The translations under genes and the position numbers were made by a program. The notes below the pieces were generated by a model, which saw only the letters and a program-made list of their open reading frames with translations, was not told where the DNA came from and searched no databases. Of a stretch of DNA of 64,000 bases, positions 39,942 to 52,937 are shown piece by piece; the first letter of the stretch is position 1; every line of letters begins with the position of its first letter. This stretch comes from Eledone cirrhosa (lineage: Eukaryota): positions 110,422,001-110,486,000 of the forward strand of contig OZ024745.1 of the NCBI GenBank assembly GCA_964016885.1, given 5' to 3'.

Positions 39942-41977
39942 TTAATAGTAGCCAAGTTAGTGGTCAGAGGTAGCTGTGGTAAATTAGTAATGAAGTACCA
40001 TGATGGGAGGTAGCTGTAGTAAAATTTAACTAAAGGAGACTTAAAACCTCAGAGCTTATAACAATAGAAATACTCTATTCTTTATTGAAAAATTATTCAA
40101 CTTGAGGACATTAACAGGAATAATAAAGTTTTGTTAGTGGTTTTGGTCTTAATTTATCTAGAATGCTTTCTTCTTAAACCTTCTGATATCAAATTACCTG
40201 ATACTGCCCCAGGTTGAATGACACAAAACTTTGTTTTGACATGTTTATATATAGCTAAAAACCTTCCAACATGATTTAAAAGATTTTCCTTATGGTCTAA
40301 ACACCAGCTTAATGAGAAAGTTATATCTAGATTATTATTTTCAAAATTATTTGAAAATAATAGGTAGAAATATGGAAACGAATGGATTAAATAACCCCTT
40401 ATTTATAGTATAATCAATGGTATAATCTGCACTTTCAAAAGCGGAAAAGAAACGAGCGTTGCATAAGGGAGATAATTTGACTTGAAGAGTTGCAAAATAT
40501 TAGAGGCATATGCAAGAAAGACCGAAAAGAGGAAAACAGCATAAAAGACTGAGATATTAACTCTCATTAAAACCAACTTTAAAATGGAAGATTTCATACA
40601 ACCAGTGATAGTATTAAAAAACGAAATAACAATGAATAAAATAAAAAATGACTTAAGCCTTAAATTTAATGATTTGGTCTGACATCTTTGGCAAACCTTA
40701 AAACTAAATCTTATAAAATTGTTAGATTAGAAGCCTCAACTAATTACAAACATCATTTAAATCCTTAGTCCACATTACATGTGTTTTCTTTTAATTTCAG
40801 GTTAATGAAATATTATTGAGAATGTGTTTTTTTGTTGTTTGTTTTGCCTTTTCTGAATGACAAGTTTGTAAACATAATAGTTTTCTGTGATCTGATTATA
40901 TTGGATTCTTCATACATGTTTGGATTGAAAATCTAAAATAGAAAACTACTAATCTTTTACATTAATTAATGCAAGGTCAGAAATTTGTATTGCATGGACT
41001 AAAGTGACTAAATTTACCCCACATAGAATACAGAATGTAAAAGAATATATCTAAATTCTGCCAAACAGTACTTTACCAAATATAGTCCCCCACCCCCCAC
41101 CCTTCAGAATTAAATTGTTGTTGTTAGTACTGTTACAAAATCAAGAGGACAGTAGAGTAGGTACACATCAATAGTTTTGAAAAGTGTGAACAAAATGTAT
41201 TCCAGTTGACACATCGGTGGATAATATGGAGCTTAGTTCAATAAAATTTAGTTTACATTAGTCTATTATTTAAAAGAATGCATGTTGATATCTGGATACA
41301 ATGTATTAGTTTCCACACTTGGTTACAACAATGAAAATTGAGAAAGGAAATTATTTCTAGTGAGGTACTTTATCACACTTTAGTAAGCATATAAAAAGCA
41401 GTTTTGGATTAATGCCAAAATATTCCTACCCTTTGCATGGTGTGAAAGATTCTGTGTGACCCCCAGTCTTCTTTATAATGAGTCTTTTCTTTCCTACAAT
41501 GATGAAAGAGCACTAAATGTTTTGAAAATACAATTCACATCCGTCTAACTACAGCTATTTGATATTTCCTCTGTTTTCTAAATGATAGTCTAGCAACTAA
41601 GGGACAAAAATAGCCTGGCCCATTTGGCAAATTGATAATGATATCTAGAAATCCAATTCTAAAATAGATCTGATAATCAAGCACCTTTGATTACATTCCA
41701 AACAATTAATTAGATGAAGAAGCTTTGCTTTCAAACGAATCATAACTAATTGTAAACAATGCAAGGTTCCTATTTGTCAGTAACCGAGCTGCAATAGTGG
41801 AACGATATATTGTATTTGTCTAGTGTGTTACTTCACTATTACAACAAAAACAAAAGGAATCCAGCAATTTTTCTTTAGAGCTTTGATTACATATGTGTAT
41901 GTATGTATATGTATGTATATATATATAATCATTTAACGTCTATTTTCCATGCTTTTATGGAAATACATACATATATA

Positions 41978-42023
<46 letters not shown>

Positions 42024-42884
42024 TTATCTAACATAATAAGCCACAGCATTCCAGCCACTTTATAGATCCCCAGCAAGCTTTCTACATTATGTAACAACTG
42101 AACTGAGCTCATATGATTATAGTAAATAAGCATATCTGTATACTTTCATCTTTTGATTTGAGCCACCCACTGGGCTGAATGCTTGCAACAGAATTAACAC
42201 TGCTAATCAAGACATACAAGATAAACGTAGTAGTTGCATGAAGGGTATAACAACATCTGTAATGCTGGTGATCTACATCCAGTACACCCAGGGAAGGGCA
42301 TCCAGCCATACACAAAATGTCATATATAGGGCCAGGATGGTTCTCCAGTTGTTTTAAAGTCATGATAACCTCCCTCCCTCTTGTTGGTGATTTACATGAT
42401 AAACACACCCAGTACACTCTGTAAAGTGGTTGGTGATGGGACCAGAAAGACTCTTCATCTGTCAAAGATATGACAGCCTCCTTAATGTGGTTGCTGATAA
42501 AATTCACTTGGTAGAGAGTGGGGTCATATGTGCGATGTAGGTCCCTGGCCCATCTGTGAGGTGAATAGCTTCATTTGAGTACTCAACTGGTCTTTTCATG
42601 ATCCAACCAAGCCTTTCTAGCAGGGAAAACAATGTTAAATAATAATAAACGATGTTAAATGATGATGATGAGGAGGATAATGATGATAAACAAAATTGCT
42701 TTCAGATCCATAAAGGAGGAGGGAGTCCTTCTTAAAATTCAAGGGAACCATGAGTTTTTTTCAAAGTCATGTGTGAAGAGCAGATATTCACATCACATTC
42801 ATTGACACTCTGGGCTCCAAACGAATGTATGAATGTATAGGCCTTGTAACTAAGAGTACCTAAATTTTAGGTAGTAGCTTTAAC

Positions 42885-43110
42885 CCCTTTGTTACAGTAA
42901 TTTCTAATGAAATACACTCGTTTAATTTATTAATGAAGAATTTTAAGTGATTTACTAAAGTTATTAATTATTTATTTACTAAGATAGTAACTTATGATTC
43001 TCATATAAAATTATATTACAAGATTTTTATTGAAATATGAACCTATTAAAATTGGTGATTTCATTTGATGATGATGAAGATCATTTTGGACAGATTGGTA
43101 TCAAAATGGC
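42885..43110. mobile_element. piggyBac-type MITE (family P1)
   Basis: TTAA|CCCCTTTGTTAC ... GGTATCAAAATGG|CTAA. Confidence 0.55.
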
Positions 43111-43139
43111 TAAACCAAATGATGGATAAAATCTAGAAA

Positions 43140-43750
43140 CTCGGCAGTATTGGTAGAGCGTCAGACAACATGCCTGGCGCAGCATAGTTATCTTCTTAGT
43201 TCAAATCCCGTCAAGGTTAGTTTTGCTTTTCATCCTTACAGGGTCAATAAAATAAAGTACCAGTGATGCACAGGGGTCAATTTAATTGACTTTCCCTTTC
43301 CCTTCAAATTGTGCCAAATCTAGAAACCATTTTTATTAATCGGCGTAGAGTTACGCTCCTTTATGTTCTGATTTCAAATCCAGCTGTGGTTAGCTTTGCC
43401 TTTATCCCCACTGGGTCAATAAAATAAAGTACCTGCAATGAATTGGGGTCGATTTAATCAACTTTCCCCTCCCCTAAAATTGATGGCCTTGTGCCTATAT
43501 AAGAAACCATTATTATTATTATTATTTTCTAGGTTTGGCATTATTGGTAGAGCGTCGGACAGCATGCATTGAGGTATATAGTTACATCCCTTTATGTTCT
43601 GAATTTAAATCCTGCAGAGGTTAGCTTTGCCTTTCATCCTTACAGGTTTGATAAAATAAATACCAGTAACACACAGGGGTCGATTTAATCGACTTTCCTT
43701 TTCTTTCAAATTGCTGGCCTTGTGCCTAAAGTAAAAGCAATCACTATTAT
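43140..43750 (+). mobile_element. Three tandem SINE family B copies
   Basis: Repeated GCCTTTCATCCTTACAGG..ATAAAATAAAGTACCAG cores with (ATT)n tails. Confidence 0.85.
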
Positions 43751-43965
43751 TGTTATTTTGTTGGTCTATTTATTATTTTCAAGTGACACAAGTGTGTGAT
43801 GACAATTTTATTTTCCTGCAGACAATTTTCATTATAAAAGAATTACTACCAATCTAGATATAGTCTAATTTTAAAATTATTAATTATTCATATTTTCGAC
43901 ACCCACAAATTTCTGGCCTTGCCTTGCTTATTAAAAAAATATACATAAATGTGTGTGTGTGTGCA

Positions 43966-44033
<68 letters not shown>

Positions 44034-44095
44034 CATACATGTGTGCATGTCTGTCTCTCTCTCTCTATATATATATATATGAAGGACTAAATTTA

Positions 44096-44142
<47 letters not shown>

Positions 44143-44691
44143 GTCTAAAATATATACAGACACACACAAACATGAGCATACGCACACAGAGGAACATATT
44201 TAATTAAGTAAATGACTTTCATCAGCATAAATTCAAGAGATTTTAACCAACTTAATGAAAAATATAAATATATAATTTCTTCATTTCTGTACAGATGTTG
44301 ACAACCAAGAAATATATATGATAAATTACAACATTCATATGGGGGTAACATCCGCATGATATATCACTATATGCATATTATATACCAAAATGGTTGCATA
44401 TTTCTGGGTTTCTCTTGGAATGAGATGACAGGTTAACAGGAAGGAATCAAAGACTAACATCTGCATTCAGTCAGAGACATGCAGGTGTATCAACACCAGA
44501 TGTTGATGCAGTCTGCTTATAGTGTTAAAGTAGAATAAAATTTCAAGTCAAGAACTGAACAAAATATTACAGCATTATATATATGTGTGTGTGTGTGTGT
44601 TTGTATGTATGTTTGTATGTATGTGTGTATATAATATATAGGTGCCGGTATTTATATATATATATAGATATAATATATACAAGTGGGGGGG

Positions 44692-44740
<49 letters not shown>

Positions 44741-44742
<2 letters not shown>

Positions 44743-45005
44743 CGTTTCTGAATTTGGCGTAGGATAGAAGAAAGGAAAGGCACAGAAACGAAGAAAGAAA
44801 TCCCCAGTCACTGAAGAGGTCACAGAGTGTGTGACGAAAGAACTATGACTATATATATATAAACAACTATCTGGTTGTGGAACCAACCAACCAACCAGAA
44901 ATTTATAAATTTGTAAATTTATAAATATATATTAAATTAAATTGAAGTGAAAGCAACTGGTGCGTGTGTTTCTTATTGGCAACATGACCCTCCCAAAGTA
45001 TAACA
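44741..45005 (+). mobile_element. Hammerhead-containing Penelope-like/retrozyme-like element between (TA)n tracts
   Basis: Non-coding ~265-bp insert flanked by TA repeats; hairpin TTCGTTTCTG/CAGAAACGAA precedes the HHR. Confidence 0.6.
44806..44850 (+). ncRNA. Minimal hammerhead ribozyme motif (HHR2)
   Basis: aguca-CUGAAGA-g-gucac-agagugu-gugac-GAAA-gaac-UA-ugacu. Perfect 5-bp stem I, 5-bp stem II, 2-bp stem III, CUA triplet. Confidence 0.8.
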
Positions 45006-45898
45006 ATATATATATATAATTATATATATATATATATATAGTGAAAAAAAGTGTGGATGTTTGAGAACGTTCTATACAGATCATGTTATATGAGGAAAAT
45101 TATATATATATTATATATATATCAGAGATATCATCAAAACCATCATCATTATCATTTAATGTCTGATTTCTATGCTGGCATGAATGGACAAGTCAAAACA
45201 GACCAAGCCAATACTTAAATCAAAGCTACTATTTTCATAAACTGGCTGGGGCTGCCGACAGGGGTGCATATTTCACAAATTCCAGTTTCGGCAAGATTTC
45301 TACAGCAGGATGCCCTTCCTATCACCTACCGTGCTACAGAATGCCTTCTACCGTGGCATCAGTACTTGGGTTGCTATGTCCTTTACACAACTGAAGAATC
45401 ATCCCAACCCTTTGTTTCGACACATATATGTATATACACACATACACACACTCACACAAACCCACATATATTGATGTCTTCCAGATAAATTCTATTCCTT
45501 TATCAGGTATTGATTTACCTGCATGCTTTCAACAAATAACACTGGATCTATTGGAGAAATACTCCCAAGTTTATGTTGTAGATGCATGTTCAATGGTTGA
45601 TAGGTATGTACATTTCTAATCAATTTACCTACTTAGACTTAAAATATAGGTGTATATTATGTCATTTGTGAAATATGGACCTAACTACTTCCTTAGGTTA
45701 CCTTTACTGCCAAAACTTTCTTTGAACTCATGGTGTGTATATGTGAGACATTACAGTATAGCTTCACATCTCTCCATCTCACTTACCATTTGAAAAATAT
45801 CCAACTGAGAAGCTAGTAAAGTTATTATAAATATATCTTCTTAAAAACTCCAATTACATTTTCAACTACTTTTTCCTATATGTTTACCTACGTGGAAT

Positions 45899-45934
<36 letters not shown>

Positions 45935-45941
45935 GTGTGCG

Positions 45942-46754
45942 TGGAAAAAATGAAATTTCATTTCTCACTCTTAGTACGGCTGATACTTAAATATAAGTAT
46001 GTATACGTACATACATATATGTATACAGACGTACAGTAGTATGTATATATATACATACATGCACAGATATATATATGTACGTATGGGTTTACCGAACATT
46101 TATTATAATGCTCGGTTTGTTTGTAAACAAACAGCCCGAATTAAGCCGTACAGTGTTTGGCAACCATCGTTGCCCTTTTGTTCAACACTGGCAAAGGAAC
46201 GATGAACTAGTTTCTAGCTTATTAGCTGTCATCAGCACCATATACCTTCCTGTCAGTCGATTTAACATTTGAAAGTATATATTTTCCTTATGCATATTAA
46301 CAGCTGAGCAGCCTAATTTGCATATCGATTGAGTTAGTCGGCCGGGTGTACCGAAAACGATAAATGGAAAAAATGGAATTTCATTTCTCACTCTTAGTAT
46401 GGCTGATACTTAAATATAAGTATGTATACGTACATACTTATATGTATACAGACATACAGTAGTATGTATATACATACATACATGCACACATATATATATG
46501 TAGGTATGGGTTTACCGAACATTTATTATAATGCTCGGTTTATTATAATGTTCGCTTTGTCAGTGTTGAACAAAAGGGCAACGATGGTTGCCGAACACTG
46601 TATGGCTTAATTCGAGCTGTTTGTTTACAAACAAACCGAACATTATAATAAATGTTCGGTAAATCCATACGTACATATATATATATATGTGTGCTTGTAT
46701 GTATGTATATACATACCACTGTATGTCTGTATACATATATGTATGTACGTATAC
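45942..46754 (-). mobile_element. 423-bp hammerhead-containing unit: 1.4 tandem copies plus an inverted partial copy (retrozyme/Penelope pLTR-like)
   Basis: TGGAAAAAATG.AATTTCATTTCTCACTCTTAGTA at 45942 and 46365; 46555-46754 is the reverse complement of ~46001-46196. Confidence 0.7.
46199..46241 (-). ncRNA. Minimal hammerhead ribozyme motif (HHR3)
   Basis: Minus strand: auggug-CUGAUGA-cagcuaauaagcua-GAAA-cuag-UU-caucgu. 6-bp stem I (2 G-U), AGCU/AGCU stem II, palindromic stem III ACUAGU, GUU triplet. Confidence 0.8.
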
Positions 46755-46796
46755 AACCATTGAACATGCATCTACAACAACATAAACTAAGGAGTC

Positions 46797-46828
<32 letters not shown>

Positions 46829-46923
46829 TCATGTCTCTCTCTCATATATATATATACACGTGTGCATGTCTGTGTGTGTGTATATATATATATATATACA
46901 CACATACACAAACATGAGTACAT

Positions 46924-46997
<74 letters not shown>

Positions 46998-47152
46998 AGG
47001 AACATATTTAATTAAGTAAATGACTTATATCAGCATAAATTCAAGAGATTTTAACCAACTTAATGAAAAAGATAAATATATAATTTCTTCTTAAAGGCAT
47101 ACTTTAATACATATTAAATAATTTCATCTAATTTTATGCAGTGAACGTTCAG

Positions 47153-47886
47153 AATTAAGATGGTAGATTTTTAGATGAATATAAATACTTTAAAATAGTT
47201 TTGTATCATAGAAACAAAGGCTATTTGAGGAAGTTTGGTTAAGCTGGAAAACACAAACTAAATACAGATGAACTAAATTGGGCAAGTAAAGAGGAAACTA
47301 AAAGCTATAGTGAATTATTTAGTTGAGGTACATGCTAGTATAAAAATACAAAAGCATTTTCTGGGTCTCGATATTGATGAAAATTACATTGGTCTTGGTC
47401 AAACAGTTATCATATAACCCAGTTTGAAATACAGAAACTAAGACGAACTGAAGTGTGAATTATGTTTCAATGTGAAAACCCTCTCTTCAAGTACAGAACT
47501 CATACATGAGTTCTGTACTTGAACATACATATGAGTTCTGTACTTGAAGAGAGGGTTTTCACATTGAAACATAATTCACACTTCAGTTCGTCATCATTTA
47601 GTTTCTGTATTTCAAACTGGGTTATATGATAACTGTTTGACCAAGACCAATGTTATTTTCATCAATATCGAGACCCAGAAAATGCTTTTGTATTCTTATA
47701 CTAGCATGTACCTCAACTAAATAATTCACTATAGCTTTTAGTTCCCTCTTTACTTGCCCAATTTAGTTCATCTGTATTTAGTTTGTGTTTTCCAGCTTAA
47801 CCAAACTTCCTCAAATAGCCTTTGTTTCTATGATACAAAACTATTTTAAAGTATTTATATTCATCTAAAAATCTACCATCTTAATT
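47153..47886. repeat. Near-perfect ~350-bp-arm inverted repeat
   Basis: 47153-47504 is the reverse complement of 47530-47886 with few differences; the right arm runs on into a P1 MITE (to ~48040). Confidence 0.95.
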
Positions 47887-48189
47887 TTATGTAAGAACCT
47901 ACCTTCAGTTAGTTATGTTTCAAACATTAGCTCAATAATGAGAAAGTTGGTTATATTCCTAAATCCTTCCAAATTCTCAATTATTTTCAAAATGATGTGA
48001 AAATCATAGCCAGTGTATTTCATTTGAAATATGTTAAAAGAAAATTCAACATTCTTTTCACATTTCTTGTCTTCCCACCTTGCTGCCTTGAAACAGACTT
48101 TATGACGTGCTCTAAGTAATTTCTATTCTTTTTTTTGGTTGGTTATTATGTAGCTTTTGATTCATCTGGGTTGTTCTAAAAGAAGATCC

Positions 48190-48470
48190 AGCCATAACCT
48201 GATGCAGCCTGCAACTAAGCCAGGCTCTACTGCACTTCGGGCAGAGGATGGCAAACTTTCCAAATATCAGTTGCTTTCCGACAGGTTTGCAGTGAAGCCT
48301 GTGGTAGTGGAGACTTCTGGTGTTCTTGGCCCTAGAGCCATCTCCCTGCTCACCACCATCAGCACAGAGTTGGCTACCTGCAGGTGTGAGCCTCGCAACC
48401 TGGAATGGCTCTTCTAGCACGTCTCCCTCACCATCCTCCGAGGAAACACTTCTATTCTGTCCACAGGACA
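48190..48470 (+). pseudogene. CRE-clade non-LTR retrotransposon C-terminal RLE domain fragment
   Basis: PGSTALRAEDGKLSKYQLLSDRFAVKPVVVETSGVLGP...EWLF*HVSLTILRGN matches the CRE 'AE..K..KY...F.P...ET.G..G...L.Q.LS..I.RGN' pattern. Confidence 0.8.
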
Positions 48471-49129
48471 GCCAACGCATGAGCCCCCATTTTCTCACAA
48501 TAATGAGAGATGGGGAGAGTGGGAGGGACAGAGGCAGTGACAGTGGGAGTTTGGTTCTTTTGTGTTCGAGTCTGGTGTATGTGTATATGTTTCAAAGTTA
48601 AGATGAATAGCTAACTACATCATTTTTTTTTACAAGCATAGTATATCAACAACTACATTACTTAGAGTGCTCTTCTTTTTTAAGATGGTAGGTCTGGCTT
48701 TAGAAAAACCTGGTTGTATTTTCTAACAGTTCAATTGATAATATAGAGGCTGTCACACAAGCTAAATGCTTCTGCATCATCCAAGAGAAGTCTGCTTAGT
48801 GTAATCCAAAATATTCTAAGAACTGGTGTGAATAACTCTGAAGCATATGCTGATAGCAGGTGAAAGAAAGTTAACCTTTTTTCAATTTAAATGAAATTTA
48901 GCACCTCCTACTAGAAATAACTAATAAAATGTATTTCTCCAGCATGGAATTTATCTCAGAATATATTTCTGGTTCCATCCAGCAACTATTCTTTCTATAA
49001 TTCTGGTATGTCATCTTATAGACTGGACACACAAGATACCTACTGTTTAACCAAAATTTGGTCCTGATCAAATGGACTTATGGTGAAAGTGTTCCACATA
49101 TAATAATCCAGGATTATATTTTGAGAAAA

Positions 49130-49322
49130 AGGGCGGTGAATTGGCAGTATCGGTAGAGGGTTGGACGCCATGCTTTCTAGCATAGTTACATCCCTTTACA
49201 GTCTGAGTTCAAATCCTGCCGAGGTTAACTTTGCCTTTCATCCTTATGGGGTCGATAAAATAAAGTACCAGTAATGTACTGGATAATTGCTGGCCTTGTG
49301 CCTAAAGTAGAAACAATTATAT
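49130..49322 (+). mobile_element. Full-length SINE family B
   Basis: GGGCGGTGAATTGGCAGTATCGGTAGAG ... GAGTTCAAATCC ... GCCTTTCATCCTTATGGGGTCGATAAAATAAAGTACCAG ... GAAACAATTATT. Confidence 0.9.
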
Positions 49323-50053
49323 TTTCAGAAATAATATATCTAAGACTATCTTATGTGTCCTTTATTTTTTTAATACGGTAAGTTGAGATTTGAAAGACAT
49401 TTGACTGCTATTTCTAGCAAGTTAAAAGACTGCATAGAAACACCGTTGGAAATTCTATTAAAAGGTTTTCATGGTTTATGAGATCCAATAGATTAAGAAA
49501 AAAATTTTTCTGACATGGTTTTCAAGCTTTCTGTTTCATCACCGTACTCTGGTATTTATCCATTTTATAATAGGAGCAAGCATTGACTCTTTGTTAATTC
49601 AACATTGATCAAAAGGCAAATCGCTGTGACATTTGTACTTTGTGCAGTGTGTTCATGTGAATGTTATTAAAAACATGTTTCAGTTTTCTTTTTTTCATAT
49701 TTTCTTATAAGTATTTTATGCTTCATTTGATGTAATAACATTCCAAAACCTTCAATGTCACAACAATTGTTAGATCATACAATGATTGATAATCTCTAGC
49801 TTGTGATCTCCCGTTATTAAGATAGCAAACAATGGGGGGGAAAAGACAAAGATTCCACTCTAAAGACAGCAAATACTGCAGCCCCTTATAGGAAGGAACT
49901 TACAGCAAAACATGAGTGAGACTCATAATGGAATATTGTTCCCACATCTATGGAAAAAGAAAAGCGAAGTCTCAAATTTGAAGATATATATATGCTGCCA
50001 TGATAAAATGCATTTGGCAGAGTGCAGGAATGTATGGAAATGAGATGCAGATC

Positions 50054-50125
<72 letters not shown>

Positions 50126-50130
<5 letters not shown>

Positions 50131-51406
50131 ACTGACGTCACTTGTGGCAAAGACCCTCAACAGGATGATTCTTAACAGGATCCAGCCTGAGATGGAGAAG
50201 AAGCTCAGGGACAACCAGAACGGCTTCAGAGAGGGTAGATCAACCACCAGTCACATCCTGATGCTGAGGAGGATATTAGAGGGAGCTAGAGCAAAGTGCC
50301 TTCCTGCGGTCATGGTTTTCATTGACTTTAGGAAGGCCTTTGATTCTGTGGACCGTCACTGCCTGATGAAGATCTTACAGGCTTATGGAATCCCCAAGAG
50401 GATAGTGGACCTGATATCACTGCTCTACACCAACACCAAAGCCCAAGTCATTACACCTGATGGGATGACAGAGTTCTTTGAGATACTGGCTGGAGTGCTC
50501 CAGGGAGATACATTGGCTCCCTACCTTTTTATCATTGTAGTGGACTATTGTATGCGCCTTGCACTGGAGAAATACCAGGACACTGGCTTTACTGTAGCAC
50601 CGGCTCAGAGCAGGAGAGTTGGGGCGAAAAAAGTATCGGATGCTGAATTTGCCGACGACATAGTTTTGGTGACAAATACAGTGAAGGAGGCAGAGGATTT
50701 GATGCGGGAGGTTGAGACTGTGTCGATGAGTGTGGGGCTGAGAATGAATGAGACTAAAACAAAATATCTGGTGGAGAATGTTGAGAAGCCAGAGGGGATC
50801 ACTAATGTAGGCGGGAAGCCGCTGGAATTGGTTGAGGACTTCCTGTATTTGGGAGCAAAGATTGGGAATACGGAAGATGATGTGGTTGGGAGGAAGAGCA
50901 AGGCCAGGGCGGCGTGTCACAGCTTGAGATCGGTGTGGAAGTCGAACCTTCGTAGAGACCTGAAAATCCGCCTCTTCATTGCTGTAGTGGAGTCTGTGCT
51001 GCTGTATGGGTCTGAGACTTGGACACTGACCAAGAGACTCACTCAGATGGTGGATGGGTGCTACACGAGAATGCTGAGGATAACTCTGAACATTAATCAG
51101 TATACACTGAGGATGAAAAATTCAGAGCTGTATGGGAGCATCCCAAAAGTCAGCTCAAAAGTGACACAGAGGAGACTGAGGTTGGCTGGACATGCTCACC
51201 GACATCCAGAGTTGACATTGCACTCAGTGCTCCTTTGGGAGCCCCTACATGGACACACTAGAAGAGGAAGACCAAGGTTAACATATGTTGATGCCCTAAG
51301 GACAGACACTGGTCTGTTGGAGATGCAGGATATGGCAGCGATAATGAGGGACAGAGACCGCTGGAGAGAACTCGTCCATGGATCTCGGGAATTTTACCCG
51401 CCTTAG
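50126..51406 (+). CDS. 5'-truncated RTE-clade LINE reverse transcriptase ORF (426 codons, uninterrupted)
   Basis: RT motifs [68 protein letters not shown]. The first 42 residues of the ORF-track protein are flank and (TA)n artefact. The stop lies in the (TAGA)n tail. Confidence 0.95.
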
Positions 51407-52468
<1,062 letters not shown>

Positions 52469-52570
52469 TCACGATACATTAACGGAGCCATAGACTCTCG
52501 CCGTTCCTTGTAAATAATGTGCTCAAAGGAGAGGAAATCCTGGGCACTCTCTCTAGTGTGTTACCTTTTC

Positions 52571-52639
<69 letters not shown>

Positions 52640-52692
52640 CAGAGAGAGAGAGGAGAGAGAGGAGAGAGAGAGGAGAGAGAGAGAGGAGAGAG

Positions 52693-52911
52693 AATAAGAA
52701 AATGCGCAGTAGTTTCAGATGTCCTTTATTGATAAAGCTGTGATACATATTTCAATGACAACAGTGGCCACACAATTCTGCCTAACCAGTGTCATGATCT
52801 CATCAGATAGCTTCTTACATAATAAGGTTACGTTCTCAAGGCAATCCAAATTAAAAGGACACGGGAATGGACAAAGATGATGTTCTTGAAGCCTTCACCC
52901 GGTCCCTTGTC
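52693..52911 (-). mobile_element. Hammerhead-containing Penelope-like pLTR fragment between (GA)n and (TA)n
   Basis: On the minus strand the HHR is followed by AATAAA and then (TC)n; non-coding. Confidence 0.6.
52735..52813 (-). ncRNA. Hammerhead ribozyme motif with long stem II (HHR4, partly decayed)
   Basis: Minus strand: aagcuau-CUGAUGA-gaucaugacacugguuaggcagaauuguguggccacuguugucauu-GAAA-uaugua-UC-acagcuu. Stem I 6/7 paired, AUGACA/UGUCAU in stem II, near-palindromic stem III, AUC triplet. Confidence 0.7.
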
Positions 52912-52937
52912 ATATATATATATATATATATATATAT

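Noticed and set aside
40403-40597. Hydrophobic 64-aa ORF as a membrane-protein exon
   Set aside because: Explained by T-richness of the antisense of an A-rich tract, probably a decayed LINE; no recognisable motif.
50417-50920. Antisense ORFs within the RTE
   Set aside because: Shadow ORFs of a GC-richer coding strand with no recognisable domain.
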